DNA of 62,565 nt, filler included, from Chiloscyllium plagiosum (Eukaryota), in NCBI RefSeq assembly GCF_004010195.1. It is 5 parts of one record of this genome, joined end to end, with 100 filler letters (N's around TTAATTAATTAA, not from the genome) between each part and the next. Parts side by side here need not be neighbours in the genome. Positions count along the whole stretch, not along the records: positions 1 to 28,180 come from NC_057717.1; positions 28,281 to 46,894 come from NC_057717.1; 3 more parts are not named here. The stretch is one strand, 5' to 3'. Both the position numbers and the translations under genes were made by a program. Shown one piece after another: positions 25,870 through 37,119 of the stretch; position 1 is the stretch's first letter; the number at the start of each line of letters is the position of its first letter. Under the pieces are notes generated by a model that was not told the DNA's origin, ran no database searches, and worked only from the letters and a program-made list of their open reading frames with translations.

Positions 25870-28085
25870 GTTTGATACCAGATAATTGAGGACCGGGAAA
25901 TAGCAGAACTATGGAGCAAATACTTCAGTTATGCCTTTACGGAAGAAAGCAAAACAAAAAAGAAAACTTCCTAGTAATACGAGGGAACTTTAGTCTGGTG
26001 AGAAAAAGGGAATAGAATTAAATTATCAACTAAACAGTTTAGAGAAAGTATCGGTCTGAAATTAATGGGCATACACAAAGTCAACAGAGATTCATGAAAT
26101 AGGAATCATATTTGAGAAAGTGGCTTTTAGCAAAATTATGTAGAAGCTATCAATGCAATACAAGTGGAATTTCAGAAAGATTTTTGATATAACCCCAAGC
26201 CTAATGTGCAAATTCGAATCCTGTGGGACTGGGGCTAATACATGGACATGGTTCTCGAAGGACAGAGCTGGCAGGAAACAGTGAGTAGGAATAAAACAAC
26301 GTTTTTTTTTAAATGGAAGGCTAGGAGTAGATAGCAAGGATCGTGGCTTGGGCGCCAGCTATTGCCAATACACATCATATATTTGGTTGAGTGTCTCAAA
26401 TGCAATATTCCCAAGTTTGCTGACAGCACTAAACAATCTCATCTTGTGAGTGAGTGAAGAGGATGTTAAAAAAGCTCCAAGGTGATTGAGACAAGTGAAA
26501 TGACTGGTCAAATACGTGGCGGATGAAGAGCAATGGGAGAGATGAGATGCTGTGTACTTTGATGGGAACAATAGAATGGCAGCCTCTCAGTTGAAAAGGG
26601 AGTGGTTGAAAAATGTTGCTCTATAAAGGAACTTAAGCTGCATTTTTGTTTATTTGTGTGCAGCCCCCGAGTCCATGTAAGGCAGTGAGTTCTGAATCCA
26701 GGAGTCAATACTGGGAATGGCATTGGCACGCTGACCAGTGTATATGGACCCAGCAAGTGGGGAGCTGTAACATTGAAAGGAATCTGGATCTCCTTGTACA
26801 CCAGTCACTGAAAACAATATTTCAGGAGCAGTAAGCAGGTATGAAGATAACTGCAATATTCACCTTCATTTCAGGGGGATTTGAGTACAGGAGTAAGAGT
26901 ATCTTACTGCAGCTGTACAGGTCCTTGGTGAGACACCATCTAGAACATTGTGCAGCATTGTGTGCAGTTTTGGTCTCTGTTCCTAATAGAGGACAAAGCT
27001 GACATTGAGAGAGAGCAGTAAAGGATGACCAGACTGATCTCTGGGATGACAGACTTGTTATGGGATCTGAATTTGGGGGGACTGGACTTGTGTTCCATGC
27101 GGTTTAGGAAAATGAATGGAGATCTCAGTGAAATATATAACACTCTGATTGGGCGAGACAGATTGGAAGCAGGGATGGTAATTCCCCTGGCTCGGATGTC
27201 TAAAGTAAGGGGCCACAGTATCAGGAACAGACAGACCGCTTTGCATTGAGGTGAGAATAAATGTCTGCACTCTGAGACTGGCGAACCAGGGGTACTCTCT
27301 CCCAGATCACGCTGTGGAAGTCATGGCACTGAATATAAATCAGGATTTCTGGAAATTAAAGGGATAGGGATAGAGCAGGAGTACGGTGTGAAGATCGCAG
27401 ATCAGCTATCAGTCCAGGTTGTTCTCCAATAACACGGTAGCTGTGCTTCTGTGCAACACCGTGTTGTCGAAAATCGTGCAATATTAATAATGGGGTCTAT
27501 GGAAAAAAGAGGGTAAGGGGCGAACCCCAAAAAAATCAGTAAAAACCAAAAATTAAGTTTGGTCTAACAACCACACTAGTTCAGTCTAAATAAATCTTTA
27601 AATCACATGTTGTAATGGAACAGTGCCGTAAATGTAACACTTTCACACGACAGTCACTCAGTGGAGAACTGTGCCTTTCACCAGAAAGCACGTGGTGGCT
27701 GAATAACCACGTGATGCCGATTGGGAATTCCAGGTCTTCTCAAGATTCTCTCCACAGTTTGAAATAAAGTTATTTCTAAATGTAGTCTACAATTTCCAGT
27801 TGCAGCCTCAGTTTCAAGGCTTTCTGAGTGCAATGCATTCCTGTTTTAGCTGACCACATTATTTGTACATTTTGCAGAGAGAGGATCTTGAGGCAGGGTT
27901 TTGCTGTTCAGCTGGTTCCCGGCAAGGAATCGCGTCACAGTGAGCGGGAATTCACTTTATAGAAAAAAGACTCACGAATCACATTACAGCCAAATTGTAT
28001 TTAATCAACACGTATTATCAGAGAACTGCCTGCATATTGAATGGAGGAGCAAAATTGATGGGCTGAAGGCACTTCAGCAGTTCTC
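25870..28085 (+). mobile_element. Old CR1 LINE (RT to 3' UTR), with a MITE inserted in its tail; approximate ends
   Basis: CCCAAGTTTGCTGACAGCACTAAAC (SKFADDTK-like), CTGTACAGGTCCTTGGTGAGACACCATCTAGA and the MTRLISGM motif. The tail GATCAGCTATC...ATATTGAATGGAGGAGC is split by the MITE. Confidence 0.75.
27415..28032. mobile_element. Tigger/pogo-like (Tc1-mariner) non-autonomous DNA transposon (MITE)
   Basis: Left end CAGGTTGTTCTCCAATAACACG versus reverse complement of right end CAGGCAGTTCTCTGATAATACG (17/22 identical). It interrupts a CR1 tail exactly. The TA TSD has decayed. Confidence 0.7.
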
Positions 28086-28180
28086 ATTTTATATTTCACA
28101 ATGTTTAAACATATTAAGGGATATGATTATTGTATGGGGAAAACTGCACTGAGAATATGTTTGGCCATTAACTAGCACAG

Positions 28181-28280
28181 NNNNNNNNNNNNNNNNNNNN
28201 NNNNNNNNNNNNNNNNNNNNNNNNTTAATTAATTAANNNNNNNNNNNNNNNNNNNNNNNNNNNNNNNNNNNNNNNNNNNN
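28181..28280. other. Artificial scaffold linker N44-TTAATTAATTAA-N44 (also 46895-46994, 55941-56040, 59328-59427)
   Basis: An identical 100-bp construct with a palindromic six-frame-stop 12-mer centred in Ns occurs four times. Confidence 0.97.
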
Positions 28281-28482
28281 ATTTCCAACGCCCCTCCCCC
28301 AAGTCCCTCCTCCCTACCTTTTATCTTAGCCTGCTGAACACACTTTCCTCATTCCTGAAGAAGGGCTTATGCCCGAAACGTCGATTCTCCTGTTCCTTGG
28401 ATGCTGACTGACCCGCTGTGCTTTACCAGCAACACATTTTCAGCTCTGATCTCCAGCATCTGCAGACCTCACTTTCTCCTCC
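28281..28482 (+). mobile_element. Penelope-like element 3' end / pseudo-LTR
   Basis: C-rich tract, then CCTGAAGAAGGGCTTATGCCCGAAACGTCGATTC...CAGCAACACATTTTCAGCTCTGATCTCCAGCATCTGCAGACCTCACTTTCTCC. Confidence 0.85.
28350..28388 (+). ncRNA. Minimal type I hammerhead ribozyme motif (Penelope-associated)
   Basis: CATTC-CTGAAGA-A-GGGC(TTAT)GCCC-GAAAC-GTC-GATTC. It has the CUGANGA and GAAA core, a 4-bp stem II and a GUC cleavage triplet; stem I is imperfect. Confidence 0.6.
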
Positions 28483-28489
28483 AAAAAGA

Positions 28490-29200
28490 ACTCCCACCAA
28501 TTTGACTGTCCTGATGGGACTGGAGGGTGGCAATTGGTCCGATTGTATTTACTCCCGTCTTCGGGAAAGGGACATAGCTGAGTAATTTTCCACATTGCCA
28601 GGGACATGTCAGAGTTGGCGGTGGAATAAAACAGCTTCCCCCAGGGCCACTGCTTGTTGTGCATCACAAGTCTTCAGTCCTATTTCAGGAATGGTATTAG
28701 GGCCCATTGCCTGTGTCATATCTACTGTGTTCAGCTGTTTCTTCATGTCATGTGCAGCGAATCAAATTGGTTGAAGACTGACGTCTGTGATTTTGTGGAC
28801 ATCATGATGAGGGTGAGGTGTATCATCGACTCAACACTTCTGGCAGAGGATGGTGCAGATCAAACATCCTTCTCTTTTACACTGATGTGCAGGTCTGTTC
28901 CATTATTTAGGACAGGGATGTTTGTGGAGCCCATTCCTCCAGTCATTTGTTTAATCGTCTATCACTATTTATTATTGAACGTGACAGGACTGCACGGCTT
29001 CGTTCAGATCTGTTGGTCACGTCAGGTAGGTTTAATGAGTTATCATCAGGTTAAAGTTCATGTGATTCTGACGCTGACATGTTCACCCACACTCGTCACC
29101 GACCCATAGATGGTGTGGATGGTAATGACAGACTGAGGTGTTACCCTGGCAAAACGTTTCAGGTTGTGGTTAAATGCAGGTCTGCTTCTCCTGCTGTTGT
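28490..29200 (-). mobile_element. Old LINE (CR1/L2-clade) ORF2 fragment; approximate ends
   Basis: Minus strand contains MWKITQLCP..D.SK..NCHP (WKxAxVxP..K..NYRP-like) and LINE-like upstream sequence. Confidence 0.6.
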
Positions 29201-30502
29201 GGTCTACAGCACTACATGAATATGCAGTTTCGAGCTGCAATGTCTGCAATGCAATTCTGCTGTCTGTTCCCCAATTCTCCCTAAGACCCATTCACCCATC
29301 AGCCTTGCACTCAGTGACCTAACCTGGTTTCTGATGTGGAAATACTTCAATTTTCAAACTCTCATCCTGCTGAGCGTCAGTCTCTCCGGGTCTTGCTTCC
29401 AATCTGACACATTCCGCAAAAGCATTTACCTGATCTTAATGCAAATGTTTAATTCACCTGAATCTTTTTCCTTGAGAAATGCCATCTTCTGTGTTTAAAG
29501 TGAATGTATTTCCTCTGTTTCTCTCGCTGACCATGATTAAGAGTTCTGCAGTGTCAGTAATGCCAGCCTGATGTAGTTTCAGAGCCAATGAATTCTCTGG
29601 ATTCCCAATCATCTTCACCACATTGTATGTTTCCTCTTTTGGTTTGATGCCTTATCACTCATGCTGCCTTTCCTCCCATGACTATGTTTCATCTTTTTGG
29701 GGTTGCATTTCTGGTATTACCTTCCGAATTATCCCCAGAACCTCCTCCCATTGCTGCTCCATGGTCTTTCCTGCTCAGCTCCCCTTCCAATTAACTCTGG
29801 CCAGCTACGCCCGCATGTCTTTGTAGTTACATTGCTCAATTATAATCACATTACATCTTGAAGAGAGCATTAGATATAAACTGAAAGAAGGAGTTTTGAG
29901 AGATGGGACACGAAGAATAATTGGTGGATTTCTTAACTGGATACAAAGGGAGAACGAGAGAGAGGATATAGATATGGAGATGTGGAAAATGAGAAAACTA
30001 GATTATCGAAAGAAGTAGATGAACATTCCCCAATGTTTTGGCAATGCCTGTGTGCTGTGGTCCTTTGTACAGTGCATGTGCAACAGAGTAAAACGTTCAA
30101 ATGCTGAGTCTGATGCCAGAATGTTTATCTCCAATAATATGACAGACACTAGCTTTAGACAGAACCCAACAGGCCAATATATTGAAGTCCCGGTAAAAAG
30201 GGGATTAACTGAAATAAATTGGGATACTAGAATCAAGAATTTGGAGCACACATCCTGGTAAGAATGAAAGATTAGAGTTGGGAATCCCAGAAAAGGAGGG
30301 AACGTTGAGAGGATCAAATCATGTTTTAATGTTTTATCAATTTTATACATCATATGCATCATTTTTCGTTACTTGTGTCTCTGTTGTTCATTTACAATGT
30401 GTTGTGCACATGTGACAAATGCTACTTACCTGCACACGCACATTAATTAAACAGTGTATATAAAATCACTTTTCCACCATTGAAACTGTCCTGCTGTCGT
30501 GT

Positions 30503-30882
30503 TACGAGGATACATGAACACCAACTGGCCAACAGAAGACATGACCCAGTATCACTATGTTCCATACATACAGACAAAGAAAGGCTGATTTGACTGGGAC
30601 AAAGCACACACACGTGCTAAGACACGCAAGTACCTTCTTAGAGGAATGGCGTTCTAACCAGAAGTCCATCAATAAACGCATCCATTTAGATCCTGTCTAC
30701 ATTCTCTTGTTAAAATAACCGGAAATGACTTCACCCACTTTAAGAAACCAAGACCGAAAATAGAGAGGCGGGACATACCACCAGAGCTTCAGCGGAGACT
30801 CACACTGATGATGTCACCTAGTCATGTTGACGAAACTTCTGAAAACAGACCTTCAAGCTCAGCGAGCTAACTTGCACACATA
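30503..30882 (+). mobile_element. Penelope-like element: GIY-YIG C-terminal part and pseudo-LTR with hammerhead-like core
   Basis: Frameshifted translation RIHEHQLA..RRHDPVSLCSIHTDKE..DWD..LEEWRSNQKSINKRIHLDPVY, then CTGATGA-TGTCACC(TAGTCAT)GTTGAC-GAAAC-TTC at ~30805-30839. Confidence 0.8.
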
Positions 30883-30975
30883 TAAATTGTTATTTTTTGT
30901 TTATTAGTGGAATTTAGGAGTTCTCTGTCGCTCACATTTTAACAGATTATGATGTGAGGTGAGCTTTTCTGGGTG

Positions 30976-31192
30976 GAGAAAGTGAGGTCTGCAGCTGCTG
31001 GAGATCAGAGCCGAAAATGTGTTGCTGGAACAGCACAGCAGGTCATGCAGCATCCAGGAATCAGGAGAATCGACGTTTCGGGCATAAGCCCTTCTTCAGG
31101 ATTCCAGAAGAAGGGCTTATGCCCGAAACGTCGATTATCCTGATCCCTGGATGCAGCCTGACCTGCTGTGCCGTTCCAGCAACACATTTATG
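30976..31192. mobile_element. Penelope-derived near-perfect hairpin insertion in the Gypsy 5' LTR, with 15-bp TSD
   Basis: TSD GAGCTTTTCTGGGTG at 30961-30975 and 31193-31207. Inverted arms of ~85 bp are centred at ~31102. Confidence 0.92.
31066..31105 (-). ncRNA. Minimal type I hammerhead ribozyme motif with intact core and stem I
   Basis: Minus strand GGAATC-CTGAAGA-A-GGGC(TTAT)GCCC-GAAAC-GTC-GATTCT. Stem I GAATC/GATTC pairs fully. Stem III is reduced to palindromic ACGU. Confidence 0.7.
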
Positions 31193-32810
31193 GAGCTTTT
31201 CTGGGTGTGTGGTTTTAATTAACAGAGAGATTCGTCATTGATGTCACGACAGTTTGGGGCCTTGCTGTATGGGATTTGGACAGATTTGAATAGATTTAGG
31301 GTACAAAAGGTCCCAGGAAATTCCAACTCATTGCAATTAGTGATTTTGTTCTTAAAATAAAACCAGTGGGAAAATTCGTTTAATTTTGTTACTTGTGGTT
31401 GATTAAGTCAAAAGTGAGGGAAATGGCTTTTAACATTACTAAAGTCATTACAAATTTTGCAAGGAAGTTTAGGAAGACAAAATGAGGACATTTTCTAGAA
31501 TTAGCAAATAGGTTGGAATTGAGTTTAACCAGGGAGGAAAGGGAACCTGAAATTTTAATGGCGTTGGTCAAGCACTTTGATATATCTGCAGTAGATTTAG
31601 AAAAACCTTAAATTGCAAATGTGGCAACTGGAGATAGAAGATAAATAAAGGGAAGGAAACAGAGAGAGAAGAAAGACAAAGAGAGGAAAAAGAAAGAGTG
31701 AGAGGATTTGAAATTCAGAAGTTGGAATTAGACAAGAAAGTTAAATTAACAGGATGGAGATAAAGGGAGAACGTAAGGATGTATAAAACTATGCTAATAA
31801 CTTGCCATATTTCGGTGAGAAAAATGTCAAAACCTTTTTTTTATTTCATTTGAAAAAATGGCAAGGCAGATGACGTGTCCAGTGAACTTGTGGGTAATGC
31901 TAGGTCAGACTAAGCTGGTGAGCACAGCTGATGAGGTATGTGCAGCGCTATCAGATGAGGGGTCAAGAGATTATCAAGATGTCAATTTGGCTATTTTGAT
32001 TGGCTATGAATTGGTACTAGAAGCATATAGACAGAAGTTCAGAAAAATAGAGACGGAACCAGGTCAGACTTATATTGAGTTTGAAAGAATTAACCACCGT
32101 CATTTTTATAGGTGGATGCTGGCCTTAAAAATGGATAAGACCTGTGAGGCTTGAAGGGAGATAAATTTGCTGGAGAAGTTAAAAGACTCACTTCCAGAGA
32201 TAGTAAGAATTCCTGTGAATGTACCGAAAGTTCAAGAAGTGAGAAGCACGGCAGAAATGGCACGTAAATTGCACTGGGGCATGAGATGATATTTAGCTTC
32301 TGGCAGGATTTTCATCCTCTGAGGGATAGAAATTGGGAGAAGGGAAGATCACACAATACAAAGCGAAGAGTAGCGCACAATACTTCACCACAGGTGAAGA
32401 AAGAAGCCCAAAGGGGTTGAAAGGTGGTAAAAGGACTCAGGTGTTCTCACTGTAAAGGAGTGGAACACATAAAATGACAATACCGATGGTTTAAGAAGGG
32501 CACTAGGAAAAGGTGGTTTCACTGCAGTAAGCTGGGACAGACCGTGATGGGCGTTGAATGAAGGCACTTTGGGGAAAGATGTGGTAGAAGAGGCTAAGCC
32601 CAGTGGAATTAGTGAAACCGATCAAGGAGACCCCAAGTTGAGCCGAGGAGCTGCAGGAGAGTGCACAGCCGAGGCAGGGTCTGCGTATAGGGTTAGTACC
32701 TGATTTCTGAAAGAATTCGTCTCTGTAGATAAAGTTTACTCAGAAATAACAGAGGGAGAAGGACAAGAAGTTATAATTTTGTGAGATATGGGATCTGCTC
32801 AGTCTCTAAT

Positions 32811-33476
32811 TGTCGAGAAGTGAGGCGCCAGAAAAGCACAACAGATCAGGCAGCATCCGAATAGCAAGACAATCGAATATTAGGCATAAACCCATCGTCA
32901 GGAATGTTGTGGGGGGACAAGGGGGCTGAAAGATAAATACGAGGGTAGTAGTTGGGCTGGTGGGAGGGTCACTGGGAAGACAATAAGAAGACGTAGCTGG
33001 GAGTGATAGTGATATGTCGAAGGGAGGGTGGAGGCGATAGGTGGGAAGGAAGATGGCCAGTTAGGGCGGTTCAAGAGAGCAGTGCTAGATTGAACGGTTG
33101 GAACCTGGAGAGTTTGGTGGAGAGGAGATTTGGAATTTGGTGAAGTCAACATTGATACTGATCAGTTGGAGGGGTCCAGCTGTCCTACCACCGATAGGTG
33201 TCCTATCATCCTCCTGTCCGACCTATCACCATCACACCCCACCTGCATCTACCTATCGCCTTCCAAGCTCCCTTCTACCCAGCTCCACCCTCACCCTCCC
33301 ATTTATTTCTCAACCTCCTTCCCCCCTCCCTTACCCCCCACTTTCCTGATGAAGGATTCATGCCTGAAAAGTCAACGCTCCTGTCCCTCGGATGCTGTCG
33401 ACGTGTTGTGCTTTTCCAGCCCCACACTTTGCAACTCTCATCTCCAGTATCTGCAGCCCTCACTTTCTCTCGGCCG
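32811..33476. mobile_element. Penelope-like insertion (inverted pseudo-LTR pair) splitting the Gypsy protease
   Basis: A minus-oriented pLTR runs to ~33180, then a plus-oriented pLTR with TTCCTGATGAAGG..GAAAAGTC. CTAAT is duplicated at 32806-32810 and 33477-33481. Confidence 0.8.
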
Positions 33477-36400
33477 CTAATAGTAACAGATGAAAGTATT
33501 TTCACTCTTTCTGGCATGTTAATCAAGAGCGTGATAGTTTGTAGACTGGGGACAGAAATTAAGCATTCCCTTGTGTAACATTAGGACGCAGTGATTTGGT
33601 TGATTTGGTTGGGGAAGTAACAGTGACAGTGAGTAACAGAGTCTCAGTTCTCGGAATACAGTTTGTTCTTGGGAACGATTTAGCAGGAGGCGAGGTGGGA
33701 GACGCACCCCTTGACAAAGGAATTGACGTGTTAAAAGAAGAATACTGAGGAATTTTTCCAGAGTGTGTAGTAACAAGATCCCACTGTCATAAGTTACAAG
33801 CAGGAAGGAAAAACGAAAGAAAAAGGCAAATGAGTTGATGCTTAGTGAACTGACACCCTGTTTGATGTAACGGTGCAGAAAAAAAACCTGAATAGGCAGA
33901 GGATCAGGCAGGGCTGTTTCGTCCAGAAAGGATAATGGACTTACAACACATATATACATACACATACACATGCACACATGCAGAAAAGGAATCAGAGTAT
34001 ATTGTCGAACGTTATTAACTTAAAGATAGAATCCTAAAATTAAAATGGAGACCCGATAAGTTAGTGCAGAAGGGAAATGGGCCGAAGTGCACCACATTGT
34101 GTTACCTGTAGCATACAAAGTTATGGCTAGCACATAAACCCATTGCAGGCGGTCACTCAGGTGTGCAGAAGACTCAGGCTAAGGTACAGAAGCATTTCTA
34201 GTGCCTGGAATGCACAAGGACGTGTTTTTTTTGTACATGACATACATACCAAATGGTAGGTAAGTAACAGGCAGTAATAAAACCAGCAGCTTTCGTGCCA
34301 ATTACTGCATTCGAAGAACATTTCACGTGGGTTATTATTAATTGTGTAGCTCCCTTTCCTAAAATACAAGTGGAAAACTATATTTGCTGACAATAATGAA
34401 CGTGTCTACCAGATTTCCAGAGGCAATTCCATTACGGAATGTTAAGATAAAAAAGGAGGTGGATGGGTTGGTAGCTTTCTTTACTCGCTGTGGGCTAGGC
34501 AGTAAGATTCAGTCAGGCCAAGGATCTCATTTTACCCCTCAGCTGTTGAAGGAAGTCATGGTTAGGTTCAGGATAAGCAGTTTAAATCTAGTGCATCAGA
34601 ACCTGAATCCCAGGGAGCCTTGGAAAGTTAGCATCGGACGCTGAAGACCATGTTCACAGCGTACTGTTATGATTACCCGAATGATTGGAACAAAGGTGTC
34701 CCATTATATTGCTTGCCCTTAGAGATGCCCCAAATAAATCTACTCAGTTTACTTCCACTGAGTTAACATTCGTTTGTGAAGTGATAGGTCCTTTGAAATT
34801 AGTTAAATATAAATTGACAGGACCGAAGTCGGAAATCTCACACTTGGATTATGTGTGTGAGGTGAAGGAGAGAGTAGATGGAGTAGGTGAGTTAGTTAAA
34901 TAGTATCTGAAGAGCACAACATAGAGTGAAGCAGGTTGCAGATAAAAACTCTGAAACTTTGAAGATTTCCCGTGAGGATGACGTATTAGTATTGCCACCA
35001 GTGGTAGGAAATTCCTTCAAAGCCAGGTTTAGTGGCCCCTTTCAAATTAAAAAAAATGTGGAGTCAGTTAAGCAATCGAGTAAAGATATTGGAGATGACA
35101 AAAAACTTTATCGAGTATTTTATATGAATGAATAATGCAGAATCCACATTTAAGACTCTGGAACAGATTTGTGGCCAGATGAAGAAATTGTGCAGTTTAT
35201 CTGTATGATATAGTGATCTTTAGCAACTGATTGAAAGCTCACATGTTGCACTTTGCAGAGCATGTTGAACGATCACAAGAAGTTGAACTTGGTAATAAAC
35301 TTAAAGAAAACAGAATTAGCAAAGGCAGAGGGGACGTTCTTGGGACACTACATTGGACATGGAAGGTTGACCCCATTGAACAAAAAGACGAAGGGCTTTG
35401 AGGAATTTCCACGACCATCCTCGAAGAAAGAGGTGCTTCGATTTTTGGAACTGAGTGGATTCTATCGGAAGTTTGTTGCAAACTTCAGCAGTGTATGGGC
35501 ACCACTGATGGATTTATTAAAGAAGAACACAGAATTGTGGCGGACAGAACAATGCCAGGAGGCATTTGAAAATTTTAAAGCAGGGTTAATCACCACACTA
35601 GTTTTATCTACACCAAATATTTTGAAACCCTTTGAAAATTGTGTTTGATACTCGGGATATAGGGCTCGGAGATGTATTGATACAGAAAGATGATGATGGA
35701 ATTGAATGGCTAATTAGCTACTTGTCGAAAAAACTCAATATCCACCAGAAAAAAATACAAAATCTCCATTATTGAACAAGAATGATTATGTTTCGCACTG
35801 GGCTGACAATATTTTAATGTGTATATGAGAAACAAATTGTCGCAGATGGTTGTGGACAATAACAAATCTCTCGCATTTTTTTGGAATATTTAAAGACCAG
35901 AATATGAGGCGATTTCATTGGAGTCTTAACTTACCGACTTTAAACTCACAAAATGTACATGCTGTGGGTCCTACAATGTGATAGCAGATGTGTTATCGCG
36001 GATTTAAAGGAAAAAGTGTAGATAAGATTTGTCTTATTCCAGTGTTATAATGGTGCGCAGAATTAATATGAATGATATAACTGAGATTAATACTTTTGTT
36101 ATTCATAAAATTGGGATTAAGAATTAGAGGAAAAGAAATGTAGCCATATTTTCATTCTGCTGGTTCATTTTATTTTCTGAAGCGGGGAGATGTTATGAAG
36201 CCATAAACATGTGGGGTACTTTAAAACAGAATGGGTTTTGCCGAATAAAAATTAAAGCCACAGATGCCAGCTAAAGGTCAAACTGTTCCACACGTCACCA
36301 TTAGCAGAGAAATGGATACCTGAGTTTTGGTTGCTGTTTTTACAGCCATGCAAATGCAACCAAAGAGTTTAAATACCGCTCAGGATACCAGAAGTCAACA

Positions 36401-36893
36401 GAATTTGAAGATTATTGTTTGGACACCTGGTAAGCCACAAAATTATGAGAATTAATATATCATGGGGAGTATACAAACCCAACATTTTGAACACTGGTTG
36501 GAGAGCTACTGCCATCCAACAGCAGAGCAACTGCTGTAGAGCAGGAGTGCTAACTGGCCATCTCAAACACTCTCTATCAAAGATACATGTTCATGTAAAG
36601 CTACTGGCAATAAAGAAATGACCCAGGGAGATCAGCAGCTGGAAGAGTGAGCACAGCGAGGAAGATGGACACTGTGTGCTCTTGAGATTGTAATGTTTAA
36701 TATGTGAGCTGTTGGAACAGCATACTTTCACAGAGTTGGAGTCAGATAGTAAGTAGCGAAGGAAAGAGAGGCTTGTATTTGTGAATAGTTGTTTTTTAGT
36801 ATTCACTATTAAAGTTAAGAAACAAACTTGTTATTTCTTGTTTAAATAGTGGAGTATAGGAGATCGGTGTCGCTCATATTTTAACAGATTTGT

Positions 36894-37110
36894 GGGCGGC
36901 ACGGTGGCACAGTGGTTAGCACTGCTGCCTCACAGCGCCAGAGACCCAGGTTCATTTCCCGCCTCAGGCGACTGACTGTGTGGAATTTGCACGTTCTCCC
37001 CGTGTCTGCGTGGGATTCCTCCGGGTGCTCCGGTTTCCTCCCACAGTCCAAAGATGTGCAGGGCAGGTGAATTGGCCATGCTAAATTGCCCATAGTGTTA
37101 AGGTAAGGGG
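36894..37110 (+). mobile_element. HE1 / V-SINE (tRNA-derived shark SINE), 3'-truncated
   Basis: GGGCGGCACGGTGGCACAGTGGTTAGCACTGCTGCCTCACAGCGCCAG with A and B boxes, and V-domain TTCTCCCCGTGTCTGCGTGGGATTCCTCCGGGTGCTCCGGTTTCCTCCCAC. Confidence 0.93.
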
Positions 37111-37119
37111 CAGATGTCC

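Larger units (their letters stand above)
30886..36890 (+). mobile_element. Decayed Gmr1-like Ty3/Gypsy LTR retrotransposon (gag-SCAN, PR, INT, partial RT, RNase H)
   Basis: The 5' LTR remnant ends TCACGACA at 31251, followed by a PBS-Pro-like TGGGGCCTTG..GGGAT. Gag reads FFISFEKMA..AILIGYELVLEAYRQKFR. A zinc knuckle CSHCKGVEH lies at ~32443 and protease IL(R)DMGSAQSL at ~32776. Integrase GHSGVQKT and STRFPEAIPL..IQSGQGSHFT spans ~34130-35100. RT thumb FLGH..RFLELSGFYRKFVANFS starts at 35253 and RNase H ends ADVLSRI. A PPT precedes the 3' LTR (TGTTATGA at 36191); 30886-30948 matches 36828-36890. Confidence 0.92.

Noticed and set aside
28225..28236. Palindromic TTAATTAATTAA islands within N runs (four sites)
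   Set aside because: Identical N44-12mer-N44 constructs are scaffolding linkers with six-frame stops, not biology.
30003..30362. ORFs on both strands in apparently unique sequence
   Set aside because: No recognisable motif or supported exon structure.
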